Numbered from the stretch's first letter, positions 11,734-24,421 are shown. The stretch is DNA of 64,000 nucleotides from Schizosaccharomyces osmophilus (GCF_027921745.1 NC_079239.1:620001-684000); one strand, 5' to 3'. Notes: generated by a model not told the origin, from the letters alone. A program made the numbers and translations.

Positions 11734-12653
11734 ATTCGCAGCTGTTTACTAAAAACACGACCAAAAGTTTTATCAGTGGTGAATATCCGCCGACAATTCA
11801 GACAATGGAGAATAAAATCTTACGGGAGCCAACTGTGGACTTCAAACGAAACAATTATAATAAAAAGAAACTCGTATCTTCCGGTTCCCCTCTTTAATGT
11901 TGTTTTTTCTCCGAAAAGTATGGTTCTGGTCAAAAGTATATATCGCAAGATGCAAAATAGATGCAGAGTAGATGGCACTGTGATCGTGAAACCCGAAATC
12001 TATGCTTTATGATTGGCTTTCGTTAGTTCGTTCAATTATAAGCTTAAGCTTAGCGATCAAAAAGAAAAAATTGCTCTGTGTTTGATGAATATACGTGCAG
12101 GATTCTTTCTAGCAAGCATAGAGACTTAATAACCTATGTCGCTAGATAAGCTAAAAATAAATGCGCTGAAAGAAGTCGTCGACGGAATCGAGTTGAATGT
12201 TTTGCGAATCGTTTTCTGTAAATTGCACAGCAAATACGCTCGTTTATGAGGATAAAGACAGAGAAGCGCAATTTGATTCTGCTTAACCACCTGGTCTTTT
12301 TATTATATATCCTTCTCAATTTTTCTGAAGGCATTTGTTTACCAGATAGTGATATGGAATGCAATGCCCAACTTTTATTTGCGAGACTTCGTTAAATGGA
12401 AACTACATACAAAGTGCAACACCAGGAATCCTGAAGAAATTGACCGTCGTTGGCATTGTCTGGGCTTTATTTGATATATATTTTTTCTTTGTTCTCATTT
12501 TTCAAGGAACTATTTGATATCTATCACAATTGAAGGCAGTGTTGAATCAATCAAGGAAAAGGTACCTCGACTTCAATTTCAAACTTGTTATTTGCTTATT
12601 TTATTTACCAAAATACTCTTTATTCATTGATTTGTGTTCCCTTTTTAAAAAGA

Positions 12654-13301
12654 ATGGCACCAGGAACCCGTGTCAGTAAATGCCAGATCTCGCGTCCCAT
12701 TCTAATCGGAAACGATGCAAAACCATTGACGCCAGAGGAACGAGCACATGCTCATACGGACCACACGCATACTTGGAGAATTTTCGTAGAAGGTGTTGAC
12801 GGAGAAGATATTTCGAAATGGATTAAAAAGGTCGTCTTCAAACTGCACGATACCTACAACAACTCTACGCGGAGTATAGAGTCCTTGCCATTTGAAGTCA
12901 TTGAAACGGGTTGGGGAGAATTTGATATCATGATTCGTATATTCTTTATGCCTGAGACCCATGAAAAATCACTCACCTTCTATCATCGTTTAAAACTCCA
13001 TCCTTACGGTCCTCGCATGGAAGAGGAAAAAGCCGCTGGCGGCTTAGTAGAATCTGTACAATACGAAGAAATCGTTTTCAACGAACCTTTTGAATACACA
13101 TACAAACTCTTTTCCGAAAATCCCATCGGAGATGGTCACGGTTTAGCTGTTGAGTCAGAACCAGATCATCCGTTCTCTCAGCAATTAGAGCAGGACGAAG
13201 CTGATAAGATGGAGTTGGCTTTACAACATGTAAAAAATCTGACCGATACATACAAACAGCAATTAAATGAATTACAAAGCCAAAGGCTTCCAGTTTCCTA
13301 G
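12654..13301 (+). CDS. yaf9: YEATS-domain protein Yaf9 (NuA4/SWR1)
   Basis: HTHTWRIFV...KKVVFKLHDTY...ETGWGEF YEATS signature and C-terminal coiled coil. First ATG at 12654. Confidence 0.93.
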   Translation: MAPGTRVSKCQISRPILIGNDAKPLTPEERAHAHTDHTHTWRIFVEGVDGEDISKWIKKVVFKLHDTYNNSTRSIESLPFEVIETGWGEFDIMIRIFFMPETHEKSLTFYHRLKLHPYGPRMEEEKAAGGLVESVQYEEIVFNEPFEYTYKLFSENPIGDGHGLAVESEPDHPFSQQLEQDEADKMELALQHVKNLTDTYKQQLNELQSQRLPVS

Positions 13302-13612
13302 ACTCCGGCTTTCAATAGAATAGTTTGTCCATTGAAAGCGAACATATTTAGAAAAATTTTCTTATTAGCCTGCGATAATTTTATGAAATATATATTGTCT
13401 TTTATTCATTCATTGGGGAATTCGTATGAAAGTTGAAGAATGTATCAGATATACGTTTTAGCATATTAGAGTTGGAAAATTATGTGATTGCATCCTCCTT
13501 CTATCTTCGTAACCATAAGCATACAAAAAGTATGGCAAGTATCATGGAACATAGCAATTCATCCATTTACGTAAATTGTATCGGCAACTATGAAATCGCA
13601 AAAGCCCAAAGT

Positions 13613-14714
13613 CTAAGAGAATCCTTGATAAAAGTACACCAAACCAAATATTATGAAGAGGCAGCCCCCAGATAATAACACTTTGTGCATTTGGATTTTG
13701 GTAGCAAGGTATTTTCCAGAAAGTACGGCCAAACCCGTGCAAAAAGCATGTCCTAAATTGGCTCCTAGAAATACACCAAACATATTGTCACTAGCAGCCA
13801 TAGCAATGGTTGCTATTTGCGAGCGATCACCCCATTCACTTACAAATGTCAATGCAAATGCTTTTACAAACAGGGGAGACAACAAGAACCCGAAAAGATT
13901 CTTTAATCCGTCTAAAGTTGGACTTATAAAATCAACGCTATCTTTCTCTGATTTCTCAACATGGTTTTTGGGAATCGAACCTTCTTCCATAAGTTCTTCA
14001 ACTGGCTTAGCAGTCTTAATTTCATCTTCCACACGCTTAAACTCTTCATCAATTGATTCATGAGCGTTCATGGCCTCGATGCCTTCACGAATCATTTTGA
14101 CACCAAAGATTACAAAAAGCAATCCACCTAAAAGATCCGTATATTGTTTAGGGAAAAGCATAGGCGCAGCATGTCCTAAAAGGACGCCGAGTAAAGTCAT
14201 GCAAAATAAGGCACTATAAGATCCAAGGAATACCATGCCTCTTGAATTTTCGAAAGAAAGGAGGGCTGCCACAATAAACGTCTTATCTCCAAGTTCGCAA
14301 CCAAAGATCATGGAAATAGCAAAAAACAAACTTCTCGTAAAACTACTCTGAGGAGAAGCCTCTGAGATATCCATATTCTCAATTGCTTCTCCGCCTGGTA
14401 AAAGATTGGACGAGGTATCCTAAAGTTGCGGTTAAATGAATGAACAAGCAAAGCGCATAAAGACTACGAACAGGCGTTTAACGTTCAGCGGAATTCAAAA
14501 ACCCTTTTCTAATAATATTCCAAACACGAAGCTAGAAATTTACTAGCTCACAATACTACCTTGTATGAGCAGAAACGTGCCTAAATATAGAATTCTCTGA
14601 ATTACCTGGCATAATCTTTTACTCGTAAAGAAATTGAGAAATTAAGCTACTTACCTTAGCCATAGCTGCTAGACTCATAGTAGCCAGTAAAAGCAAACCC
14701 AAATATCGTTTCAT
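13613..14714 (-). CDS. gdt2: GDT1/TMEM165 (UPF0016) Golgi Ca/Mn transporter (exons 14714-14655 and 14419-13613)
   Basis: Two E-x-G-D-K/R motifs (ELGDKT, EWGDRSQ). Exon 1 encodes a signal-peptide-like MKRYLGLLLLATMSLAAMAK followed by a GTAAGT donor. Confidence 0.88.
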
Positions 14715-15588
14715 TTTCGAAGTATAGTATATCAGATGAGTAAACAGTAGTAATCAAGAATACTCAATATATGTCTAGCTCTATATGGCGACTCAATCGC
14801 AGTTTTTTGGTAAAGAAAAATGATGGTAATAGTGTGGCACTTGGTAAATGCTTCTGAAGCATATCTATGGAGATGAGGTTAAAATACGGTCAAACAGAAT
14901 GTGTATTTATTCCATTTTTTCAATAATTAACTTCTACATATAAGGTTAAAATGAAAACAATAAAGTTGACTGGACCATCTATGATGATCTTGGTCATTAT
15001 TATACTCATAGGAAGCAAGGCATGTCTCTTCGTCTATATCTAATTTTGTACGTTACATATATTTTCTGTCATTATTTGAGGGTCTTGATTGAAAGCACTT
15101 GAATTTGAATCGTCAGTTTGCCATAGCATATTGCTGTAAATGCTAGTTTCAAGAAACTCAAAGAATAGATTTCATGAAATCCATTTCATGAACTGTTTCC
15201 TAGTTCAGTTAGATTCTATGAATTGAATCCTTTGGTATTAGCACCGAAAATTTGTAGTTTGCTTGAGGTGAGTATTTTTTTATATAGGAAACTCTCCAAA
15301 GTGATTTAAAAAGTAAGTATATCACAAAAGAACAATCATTCTAGTACTTATAGTATTTGCTTATTATGTACCTTAAATGAGAGTTGTCAAGGGCCTCGGA
15401 TAAGCTGCTTGTTAACGCATTCATGGACTTCTGACTAAATTCTTATATCCAAACTTTCTTTTTTCATTTCAAATAGGCATTTTGTAGGGATTCAAAATAC
15501 GTTACTCGAAAGCTTTGAGAAAGTTGGTCTTTACCAAGAACCGACTTTCAGCAAAAAACCATGCTTCTGTAGGAAAAGGAAAGAAAGA

Positions 15589-16123
15589 ATGGAATTGAAT
15601 AAAACGGTAAACGTGGAGGATTTAGTGACAAGATTCAAAAGAGAAGGTCATTTCGATCGCTTACGAAAACTTGTCTTGGAAACATTCAAGGAAAAGGTAT
15701 GTTGAATCAAAAACTCATAAATATGCTGTTAAGGATACCAAGAAAGTATAAGTGAAACTTGGATAAGAATCTTTTTTAGTCCTTGAGCTTAAAAGTCATC
15801 GCATTGTCTAACAATGTCTGCAGGAATCGGAGGGATTCGCTGAGCAACTTCGAACAATTGCTGAAACAGAACTTGAGAAAGACCCTTCTTTAAAAATGAA
15901 GGATCATTTTCGAACGGCTCCTTTAATAGCAGGCGCTGTTGATCGGTATGAACATACTTTGATTGGAGTCAAATGATTAATTGAAAATAGGACATCACTT
16001 TATGAAAACACAATGGAGAATATAAAAAACAATATTTTATCTCAAGAAGAACTCAAAGTAAACGTTCGAGAGGCAATAAAGCAATTGTGTTACAAAGAAA
16101 CAGATGGACATCAAGAAACCTAA
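15589..16123 (+). CDS. shg1: Set1C/COMPASS subunit Shg1 (3 exons)
   Basis: Not in the ORF track. Exon 1 reads MELNKTVNVEDLVTRFKREGHFDRLRK (the Shg1/BOD1 FK.EG.FD.LR motif). GTATGT and GTATGA introns lead to APLIAGAVDRTSLY...QET*. Confidence 0.85.
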
Positions 16124-16733
16124 AGATGAAGCGATAATACGACATAACACACAATCCTTTTCTAGCTAGTTACAATGGTTGATTCTTTATTTTATAATTA
16201 CATAAATTTTGAAGTATGTTTTCATGTATTTATTATAAACTGGGGACCGATGTAATGATGAATGCTGTATAGGATTCCCATTGACATAGCCAATATGCAG
16301 AAACATTAGCAGAAAAAAGTCAGGCCAAGTTGGGCTAGTGGAAGAAGCGTGCTGAACTTTTTGAGAAGTCACCAAATCAATACGTGAACTTGATGATAAC
16401 ATCGTTGTCATTAGTTGAGGGATACCTTATTTAACAAATATCATTTTGGCACGGGAAAAAGTAAGAAGCCGCGTCTTACTTAAGATTAGCTTAATCAGTC
16501 TGTTAAAGAACGTAGATTAAAAATTAAGAACCTCATCAATGATTGAGACACAAGTTGATTAGAAGAAATAAAATAATGGACAAAAAGGTAACAAAGCGCA
16601 CGAAGATTAAGCCGAAAATAAAAACAATTGCATTACAGTTCATGAATAGTTTAGTCGTCATCATTAGGGATGTAAAGTGAATGCTTCAAATAAGTTATGC
16701 TTTGGGTAACTTCAAAGTAAAAAGAAAAAATTA

Positions 16734-17525
16734 TTACTCTTTAACGGTGGTATGTAACAGGAGGTCATTCAAACATTCGTCAGCCTCTTCGACTGGTGCT
16801 TCCAAATCGTGGTATTTCCGACATATAAAACAACTAAAGTATGGATGGCTTTCTGCCAGAGTTGGACGTATGCATTTATAATGATAAGTGTGGGAACAAG
16901 GAGCAAAGAAGAGTGCTTGGCAAGGTAAAACAGGCATTAAACATATGCAACACTCGGGAGGACCATTATCCGTTGAACCAGATACAGCTAGTTCTTGAAC
17001 GCGGCGGAATTCATTTAAATTGTAAGGATTAATTCTAATTTTCCAAGAATTATTGAGTTCGACTCGCGCACGGACACACCGATAATGCATTTCATAACCG
17101 CCACGATAGTCGGCACCGAGCTGGAGAATATCATTATTAGAAATGGGATAAGGCTTGCTAGTCTTAGAGGGCGGTGACAAACGAACGTGATTAAGAAATG
17201 TTCCGGAACTTGAACCCATATCTTGGATATACCAAGCATTATTCTCGTGATAAATTTGAGCATGCTTACGGCTCACGACCTTAGAGCGAAAAACTATGGC
17301 AGACACATCACCTCCGTTAAATCTCTCGGTGTATCTTCCAATATAGATAGGTAGACAGTCGCTTTTTTTATCCCAATACCGAACTAGTGGATCGAACGAA
17401 AACGAGTGCGTATTTGGCCCTACAAAGTTGGTAAGGCGAATAGAGAATTTGCATTCTTCTTTTTCGGCACTAGATTCAGCGAATCCTTCATTTTCTTTCC
17501 GACAACCTTCCACAGCCTTGGTCAT
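16734..17525 (-). CDS. dma1: FHA-RING ubiquitin ligase Dma1
   Basis: FHA domain (IGRYT, SKVVSRKHA, SSSGTFLN) followed by RING-H2 (CCIC...CSHTYHYKC...CFIC). Confidence 0.95.
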   Translation of the reverse strand: MTKAVEGCRKENEGFAESSAEKEECKFSIRLTNFVGPNTHSFSFDPLVRYWDKKSDCLPIYIGRYTERFNGGDVSAIVFRSKVVSRKHAQIYHENNAWYIQDMGSSSGTFLNHVRLSPPSKTSKPYPISNNDILQLGADYRGGYEMHYRCVRARVELNNSWKIRINPYNLNEFRRVQELAVSGSTDNGPPECCICLMPVLPCQALFFAPCSHTYHYKCIRPTLAESHPYFSCFICRKYHDLEAPVEEADECLNDLLLHTTVKE

Positions 17526-18562
17526 GCCGGAATCTTAAAGTCTTGGGTACGGAAGATGCAAATTTACAGCAATTTAGGAGAAAAAAGAAAAAGGAACCCT
17601 TTCGAGCTAGTTAATTCTCGGAATGGTCAAAGTTTCGGATCACAAAGAACGAGCAAAGAAATCTCAATCCTTGAATGCTTTGAAGAAAAGCAAATAAAAT
17701 AAATGTGTTTTACACTTAATTTTCAACGATTTCTCCAACTAAATCGCCTTCTTCTAAATGTAAGATATTGGTTTTGTTTGTGTTGTAATGTAGATTTCAA
17801 AGCTCTAATTCAACAAAACCAATGTGGTGTAAACAAAGCAGCCCTTAATGCCAATCAGCGCAACGCTGTTTATAAAAGAAAGGACAAAAGTTCCCTAATT
17901 TTGTAAATACGTCCTTTTGAGAAATTAATATGGCCTCTCGAATACCACGCCTTCTTCAATCTTTATAAACTGTGTGAATCACAGAAAGAAAGCGATTCAA
18001 CAACTGCTGCAAATTGTTTATATTCTTAAACAGCCAATGTTTAAGAGTGAAATGAAAGAAGAAAGAGCTTGTAAAGGTATTGAATGAAAAGAGCATGAAA
18101 CGAATTGTACTAATAAAATTTCATCGTTGAAAATCGATGGAGCTCACTATCCGATTGCATTCAAAGGCTTTGGTGGTTCTTATGCTTGGTCGTCTGTAGA
18201 TCATAAGTAATGAATTGCTAAACGCTTTTGATAGAATTGAAAAAACGATATAAGTAAATCTCCTTGAAAACAATAATCGACTTTGAGTTTTAAAGATTGT
18301 TAGCATCTTGCCAAAGAAGAGTAGTTTTGTCTCTAGGTCATGCTAATGAGAATTCTACTTTTCCATAAAGAATGACGGATTGAAAGCTTTTCGTAGTTAT
18401 TTCAATTGCTTTTTTGCAATTTAAGTATTATTATTAATAGATATATCAACGATCGCTAGATTAAAAATGAATGAGAAACGAATGTGTTGGTTTACAAATA
18501 AAAAAAAAATGCAGTGTTTTCGAACGATAACAGAAACAACATTGGCAGCAAAATCAAATCTC

Positions 18563-19642
18563 TCACCGGCTCTTTGGCCTCGTTTGAGATTCAAGGTCGA
18601 ACTCGGCCATAAAGGGAACAGCATCAGAATTTTGCTGATCACTATTTTCATCGGTGGAGACGTATTGCTTGATTTTTCTCCAAGGAGAGGAAGATTTGCT
18701 TGAAAATGGACTACCAAAAGCTCGTCTGCTCGATCGAGAGACTCTAGCAGCAGGCTTTAGGGATGATCCAAAGATCAAGAAAATGATAAAGAAAAATAGT
18801 ATAAATCCTAATACAGTCAATAATAACCAATGTCGGAGAAGATAAAATACAAGCCCAGCATCGTCATTATGCCAGGATGATCCTTCATAGATGTTGAAAA
18901 ACGAGTGGTTAAAACCGGTATATACATCAGAGTTTAAGACCCAAATGTGGTGCCAATTTTCAGCCATGGGGAGACTTCGCCATGCTCTCCAAACGACAGA
19001 AAAGAACAAGGGACCCGTCGAATACATCACCGTTAAGTAAGGGAAATGATAATTGAAGGCATACGACGGTAGAGAACGGATGACTTGGAGCAGAAAAGGA
19101 TGTTTTTTCCTAATTCCGATAACGTTATTGCTAATACCACTGGGGCTTGTTTTCCGAACAAACGCGGGATACTCCAGTAAAGGTTTCATCGAACGATTAC
19201 AACCAACATCTAAGTCTAAATAAATACCACCGTAATGGTACAGGATGAAGTAGCGAACGACATCAGCGCGTTCTATGTTAAAGGGATACGCATCGTACTT
19301 TGGTAGAAACCAGGAATAGTTTTCTTTCATAAATTCTCGCATCGCCTCATCCGTCCAGAGTTTATATTCAAAGTCGGGATGCAAATTAATGCAGCTTTGC
19401 TGGGCATCCTTCCATCTGTCAGGAATATCCTCGGTTTTCCAAGTCTGATGGATAACACGGGGGATGTTTTCGGTTGTGTTATCAATGGGCGAATAAGTGA
19501 AATCATCCGGCAAGTCGCTTGCTTGCAAAATGTCTGTTCGATAGTCTATAAAAAATAATTTGATGGGTCCCCAGAAAAGATGGAGCGTGAAGACTATAAT
19601 CAGGGACAATATAGAGAAAAAAATGAGAGCTGGCTTGTTCAT
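18563..19642 (-). CDS. imt3: MIPC synthase / inositol phosphorylceramide mannosyltransferase (GT32, Sur1/Csh1-like)
   Basis: IPRVIHQTWK, RADVVRYFILYHYGGIYLDLD (DxD motif) and STGPLF motifs, with N- and C-terminal TM segments. Paralogue name assigned by synteny. Confidence 0.85.
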   Translation of the reverse strand: MNKPALIFFSILSLIIVFTLHLFWGPIKLFFIDYRTDILQASDLPDDFTYSPIDNTTENIPRVIHQTWKTEDIPDRWKDAQQSCINLHPDFEYKLWTDEAMREFMKENYSWFLPKYDAYPFNIERADVVRYFILYHYGGIYLDLDVGCNRSMKPLLEYPAFVRKTSPSGISNNVIGIRKKHPFLLQVIRSLPSYAFNYHFPYLTVMYSTGPLFFSVVWRAWRSLPMAENWHHIWVLNSDVYTGFNHSFFNIYEGSSWHNDDAGLVFYLLRHWLLLTVLGFILFFFIIFLIFGSSLKPAARVSRSSRRAFGSPFSSKSSSPWRKIKQYVSTDENSDQQNSDAVPFMAEFDLESQTRPKSR

Positions 19643-21303
19643 GGCGGAATTCTATGCTAACGCAAAGTCCAGATTATGATGGCAATTAATAAAAGTTCAA
19701 ACTCAAACACAAAAGTTAAAAATCAGTGAAAATGAACTCAAGGGGTTTCTATAGGAAGGCGATTAAAGGAAAAACGGGGTCTAGTTTGTTGATCAAATAT
19801 GAAAAAATCCACACACAAAATTAAGCTTCGTAAATAGCAAAAAGGGGGCACAAAATTGATCAAATTACAGGTAAAAGTCCTGTAATAATTCTCGTACAAA
19901 TTCCTCGTCTTTTTTCTGTGACTGAAATATGCAAACAATGATGCAATCCAGATAGTACACAAATACAAAGGACTTGTTCAAAAAGGAAAAAATAATCAGT
20001 AATTTACTCACAATAAAGCACTCGTAAGCTAGAAGCTTCTTGCACACTTTGTTTTCGCCTCTCAAATTGAAAGATGATGGAGGAACAAAAACGATTCACC
20101 TTTCTAAAGATGATAGAGAAATAGTAACAGAAAATTGGCAAAAGTAGTAATAACTTTTCAAAAGCGTAATTTCGGTATTTACAATCTGCACGTCTAGCTC
20201 TTATTCACACAGCAGTCTGGTTTTTCTAAAGGAGATGTAAAGAACCACAGAGACTTTCAAAAATTGAGTAAAGACGTTAACTCTACAATTTCCACAACAG
20301 TTTTCTCGTATCCTTCATCAGTTATAGATGCTTTGCTAATGGTAGCTGTCTTTTGGATCTCCGTCCTGAATTTAGAAGCCACAAAGTAACGTCGTTACCT
20401 TTCCGTTGGTTACCTTAAGTTGCATTAGTAAATAGAGTATGCTCTTTTATCCAGAAGTCGCTTATTGAATAAGTCGTTCTTTTTTTCGAATCTTGAATTT
20501 TATATCAATGAATTCATACTAAACCTTTAGCAGTAAACTGTGACATTGAATCACATTCTGCTTCCTAAAAAGCTATAGTCCGTCCAAACAACATACCAGA
20601 AAAACAAAATATGTCAATCAAGCTTTAGTAACTTGTAGATTGACTTGTTTTCATACTTCTGCAGTTAGCTTAGGTCTAGCCATAGAAGAAACAAAGGGTT
20701 GATATTCCCAATCCAATTGTTTACAAGGTATAGTACTCCAAAATCGTAACCGCTATAGCAAATCATGGTATTGACTGTTACTCAATCTTTTCTTTCAGAC
20801 TCAAAAAACTAAGAAATTTATTTTACCTTTCGTTCTTATGGACTTCCTGGACTTCCTGAAACTATACGTTGAGTTTGTGCAACCAAAGGACGACTAAGCT
20901 TACCAAAAAAGACATATAAATTATAATTCAAATATATCATTCATTCAAACTCTTCAACCATCATACATCAGGCTTTCAAGACAAACTTACACTACTCCGT
21001 CTCTTTGACCTAGGACCCTCAAATTCATTCACAGATTAACCAAATTTCCTAATTGAGCAACGTTTTCCGTTGTCGGAAGCTTTTTATATTTTTGATCTAG
21101 AAGAACTAATCAGTAGTATTGGAAAATAAGTCATTGACTCGTATATTTAGTTCTTTCAGCTGATTCCTTCTACTATTGCTCTTGTCAAGACTATCCTTAG
21201 ATTTGAGACTTACAAGATCACCATCATCATATCTGCTAGCTTTTCTATTTCTTTATTTTCTTAAACTGAATTCATTAAGTCATTCATTCGTACGAACGTT
21301 ACG

Positions 21304-23148
21304 ATGGAGGATCTTTCAGGAGACGCTATCGCAGCAGAAATTATTCAGGCTGTGAACCTCTCCAAGTCTGTGGATAAGCAAACAGGAAATGAGAAAGCTA
21401 TCTCCTACCTTGGCGTTGAGGAAGAACGGGGCGTAACTGTCGTTGGTTCGAAAATGAAGCCTCGATATATTGTTCTTTCATATGATGAAAACACTCATGT
21501 TTTCAATATTCATCGCTTAAAAGCAAGTGATAAAGGAGGAATGCAAGTTGTGAGAAGTTGGCCTCTGTTCGAATTACAAGGAATTACCGTTATTGACGAT
21601 CGAGATGTCACATTCACAATTAACAAACCCCATCTCCTCAGAAGCAATGATACGGTCGCGAGAAATAAGTTTATATTCTCACTTGCAAAACAATATATGT
21701 ACTACATGGGTAGGCCTCTAAGTGTTCTGACCACAGACGGTCGGAAAGTAGACTGGGCTTATCGTAATTCGTTTGTGGAGGATACAGCAAAGCCTTTGAG
21801 TATACCAAAAGCTAGAAATTCTCTACCGGAAAGCACTGTGGCGGCACCCAGCCCTTCATCGTCTTCTAGAAATGGTCACTTGCGCAATTTTTCTGATGGA
21901 CCCATTGTTACGAATCTAGAAACAGACTTCCCTTCAAATGAAAATGAAGAACTTTCAAGTTCTCTACCGACTAATACAAAAAGTATTAAGGATGATCAGA
22001 CTTCAGACAGAAAACCCATGTCTCATTCGAAGTTGAAGCATCAAGCAAGAACGCTTAGCAGTTCTATTTCTGGTAAGTCTGCCTCATCCGTTCCGGATTC
22101 TTCTTTTCCTCAAAAGGACGAACCTATATCTGAGAAAAATTCTCTAAAAAAGCCTTCGTACAAAGATAATTTTATACAGGAACAAGCTCAATTATTTCCT
22201 CCAAAATCCCCTCTGCGTAAAGGAGGACGCAGAGATACAAATTTTACTTCTGACCCAAAAAAGGATGCTTTTCAAAGCAAAAGAAGAACTACACCTTCGT
22301 CTTCGTCAAAAGATCTATTGTCCCAAGACCCAATGTCATTGATGGATGAGAAGTCATATGTTAGTCGTTCGAAAGAACACAATGTTCTGTTATCTGACGA
22401 GCCTAACCTAATATTGAGCGATTCGAGTGGATTTAATGAAAATCCCTTTCAATCAAGTCTAGATTCAGCTTATAGCCAACAACTACCTTCTAAGGAAGGA
22501 TCATCACCTATTCGCGCTCCCTCTATTTCAACTAAAAGTTCTTTGAGAAATACCCCAGTTTCTATTCCCAAAAAAAAAAATCATTCTCCGTCTTCGGGTC
22601 TTCAGATACCAGCGAAACATCCATCTCGCCAAGGTTTACCATTAAGTACGGCCAACACGAGTGATATTAATTTATCATCTTTGAGCTTCCAATCTCTAGA
22701 ATCTCAAGAATTCGCTGCTTCAACTCGTCCAAAGATGAGTACCATGTCTAACAATCAAGTTTCAAGCGATACTTCACCTGCCCTAAATGTGCTGACGCCT
22801 ACTCTACGAGGCTCCATTATTGAAGAAGCTTACAATGTACATTCTAAAATCAGTATAAATAGCCTACCAAAAAACGTGACACAGGAAATGTCTCAATTGA
22901 ACTGGAGTAACAAAGCAACTTATAAGGATTATTATGACTCTATGGAATCTCAATTTAACACTTCAATGAAAAAGAGTGTGCAAAATTTAGTAGAGGAAGA
23001 TGGAAAAATGGAGAAGATAAGGAAAAATATTGATAACTGCGTTGCGGGATGCGATTCTTTAAGTTCGACTATTAATTTGTTTTCACTCGAACTTTCGGAG
23101 GCATTAAACGATATTATGAATAATAATCAGCAGATAAAGCACAAATAA
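21304..23148 (+). CDS. sec3: Exocyst subunit Sec3 (short, divergent fission-yeast type)
   Basis: N-terminal PH-like domain (KPRYIVLS...VVRSWPLFELQGI), Ser-rich linker and C-terminal coiled coil. Syntenic position. Confidence 0.8.
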   Translation: MEDLSGDAIAAEIIQAVNLSKSVDKQTGNEKAISYLGVEEERGVTVVGSKMKPRYIVLSYDENTHVFNIHRLKASDKGGMQVVRSWPLFELQGITVIDDRDVTFTINKPHLLRSNDTVARNKFIFSLAKQYMYYMGRPLSVLTTDGRKVDWAYRNSFVEDTAKPLSIPKARNSLPESTVAAPSPSSSSRNGHLRNFSDGPIVTNLETDFPSNENEELSSSLPTNTKSIKDDQTSDRKPMSHSKLKHQARTLSSSISGKSASSVPDSSFPQKDEPISEKNSLKKPSYKDNFIQEQAQLFPPKSPLRKGGRRDTNFTSDPKKDAFQSKRRTTPSSSSKDLLSQDPMSLMDEKSYVSRSKEHNVLLSDEPNLILSDSSGFNENPFQSSLDSAYSQQLPSKEGSSPIRAPSISTKSSLRNTPVSIPKKKNHSPSSGLQIPAKHPSRQGLPLSTANTSDINLSSLSFQSLESQEFAASTRPKMSTMSNNQVSSDTSPALNVLTPTLRGSIIEEAYNVHSKISINSLPKNVTQEMSQLNWSNKATYKDYYDSMESQFNTSMKKSVQNLVEEDGKMEKIRKNIDNCVAGCDSLSSTINLFSLELSEALNDIMNNNQQIKHK

Positions 23149-23200
23149 TGAATTTTACGACCTAGAATAATGGAGCATTATCAGATTAATGCCAAACGTG

Positions 23201-24421
23201 TTAGTAATTCGAGCATAGACCTTCATAAACATGATTTTGGTTGCTTAAAGGAAGTAGGATATCCTCCTGTAGTAGTAAGTCTGATATTTTAGCTTCACCA
23301 ATATAGGGAGTCCACCGTAAGGAAGTTGGTTTCACCCTTTGAGGATGCTTTTCATCCCACTTTTTACAAACATGATACAATTTCATTTTGTCAACATGAA
23401 GAACGTAAATTTTCTTTTTCATATCATATTTCAAAACAGATAATGCTTCTAGGGCTGAAATAACATCGTCGCAAACCATGGAAGTTGCTTGAGCTATATT
23501 CTCAATGCTTACCGAAGATCTCATACTCAACAAAGTTTCAGCGACGCGCTTTCTCCAATAACTACGGTATGAGAGTAGACCCAAATCAGATAATGGCTTC
23601 TCAGGAGACCCAAATTTTCGTTCAGCCTTACTTAATAAGTAACTGAATTCTATCAGAAAAGCACCATAACCCCTTCGCTGATATATCGGTAAAGTCAAAA
23701 TGCAAGATACATTGTAATTTGAAGCTGATCTTTTTTCCTTACTGAAATATCCTAAAATTTTACAGGAAGCCCCGTCGTATTCAGTCATTATATAAAAGAG
23801 AAAAGGCTCAACATCGTAACAAAGTATTTTAGACTGTAGAAACATTTTTGCCAGTAGACACAGATTTTGACAGTAAATAGGTTGTCGTTGTCCATCTACT
23901 TCAAAGACTGAGATATTCTGATCCCTATAAATCTCGTCACCAGGTGGATGCCTCCAAGCACATTTCATTCTGTGCCGTTGAAGAACGTAATCACTGTTCA
24001 TATATTTGAGACAAGACTCGCATAAGTAAAGGTTCCTTGAGCAACTATATTCTTCTGGATAGGGAGAAGTATACCATGGCTTTACTCTGTAATTACCAAA
24101 GTAAACATTGCGAATCGACGTAGGCTGAGGTGGTGGTGCATGCAGTTGGCTTGAAAGAACAGGATCAGAAAAAGCATGTGCTACGTCTTTAGTCCTGGAA
24201 ACAACACTCTTTGCTTTATCAAATAATTGGGTATCATTCGGTGTCAAATCCGTTAAGGATGTGTCTGCTTCTTCTTCAGTTAAAACACCAACAAATGTTT
24301 TCTCGCATTCCAAGTCCAACAGAAGTTTTTTGTAATTTTCGTAATATACAGATTTGACATCAAATTTAATGACTAACAGACTTTTTGTATCAGTAGGAGA
24401 CACAGCAACCTCTGCTGGCAT
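23201..24421 (-). CDS. mst2: MYST histone acetyltransferase Mst2
   Basis: PWYTSPYP, C2HC zinc finger, QNLCLLAK, YQRRGYG acetyl-CoA motif and GSPEKPLSDLG. Confidence 0.93.
   Translation of the reverse strand: MPAEVAVSPTDTKSLLVIKFDVKSVYYENYKKLLLDLECEKTFVGVLTEEEADTSLTDLTPNDTQLFDKAKSVVSRTKDVAHAFSDPVLSSQLHAPPPQPTSIRNVYFGNYRVKPWYTSPYPEEYSCSRNLYLCESCLKYMNSDYVLQRHRMKCAWRHPPGDEIYRDQNISVFEVDGQRQPIYCQNLCLLAKMFLQSKILCYDVEPFLFYIMTEYDGASCKILGYFSKEKRSASNYNVSCILTLPIYQRRGYGAFLIEFSYLLSKAERKFGSPEKPLSDLGLLSYRSYWRKRVAETLLSMRSSVSIENIAQATSMVCDDVISALEALSVLKYDMKKKIYVLHVDKMKLYHVCKKWDEKHPQRVKPTSLRWTPYIGEAKISDLLLQEDILLPLSNQNHVYEGLCSNY

Noticed and set aside
14981..15090. ATGATGA C-box-like motif suggesting a C/D snoRNA
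   Set aside because: No properly placed CTGA D box or terminal stem.
19650..21300. Long intergenic regions (also 57450-59050) checked for LTRs, Tf elements, wtf genes or 5S rDNA
   Set aside because: No terminal repeats, transposon ORFs or 5S sequence recognised; they look like ordinary promoters and long leaders.
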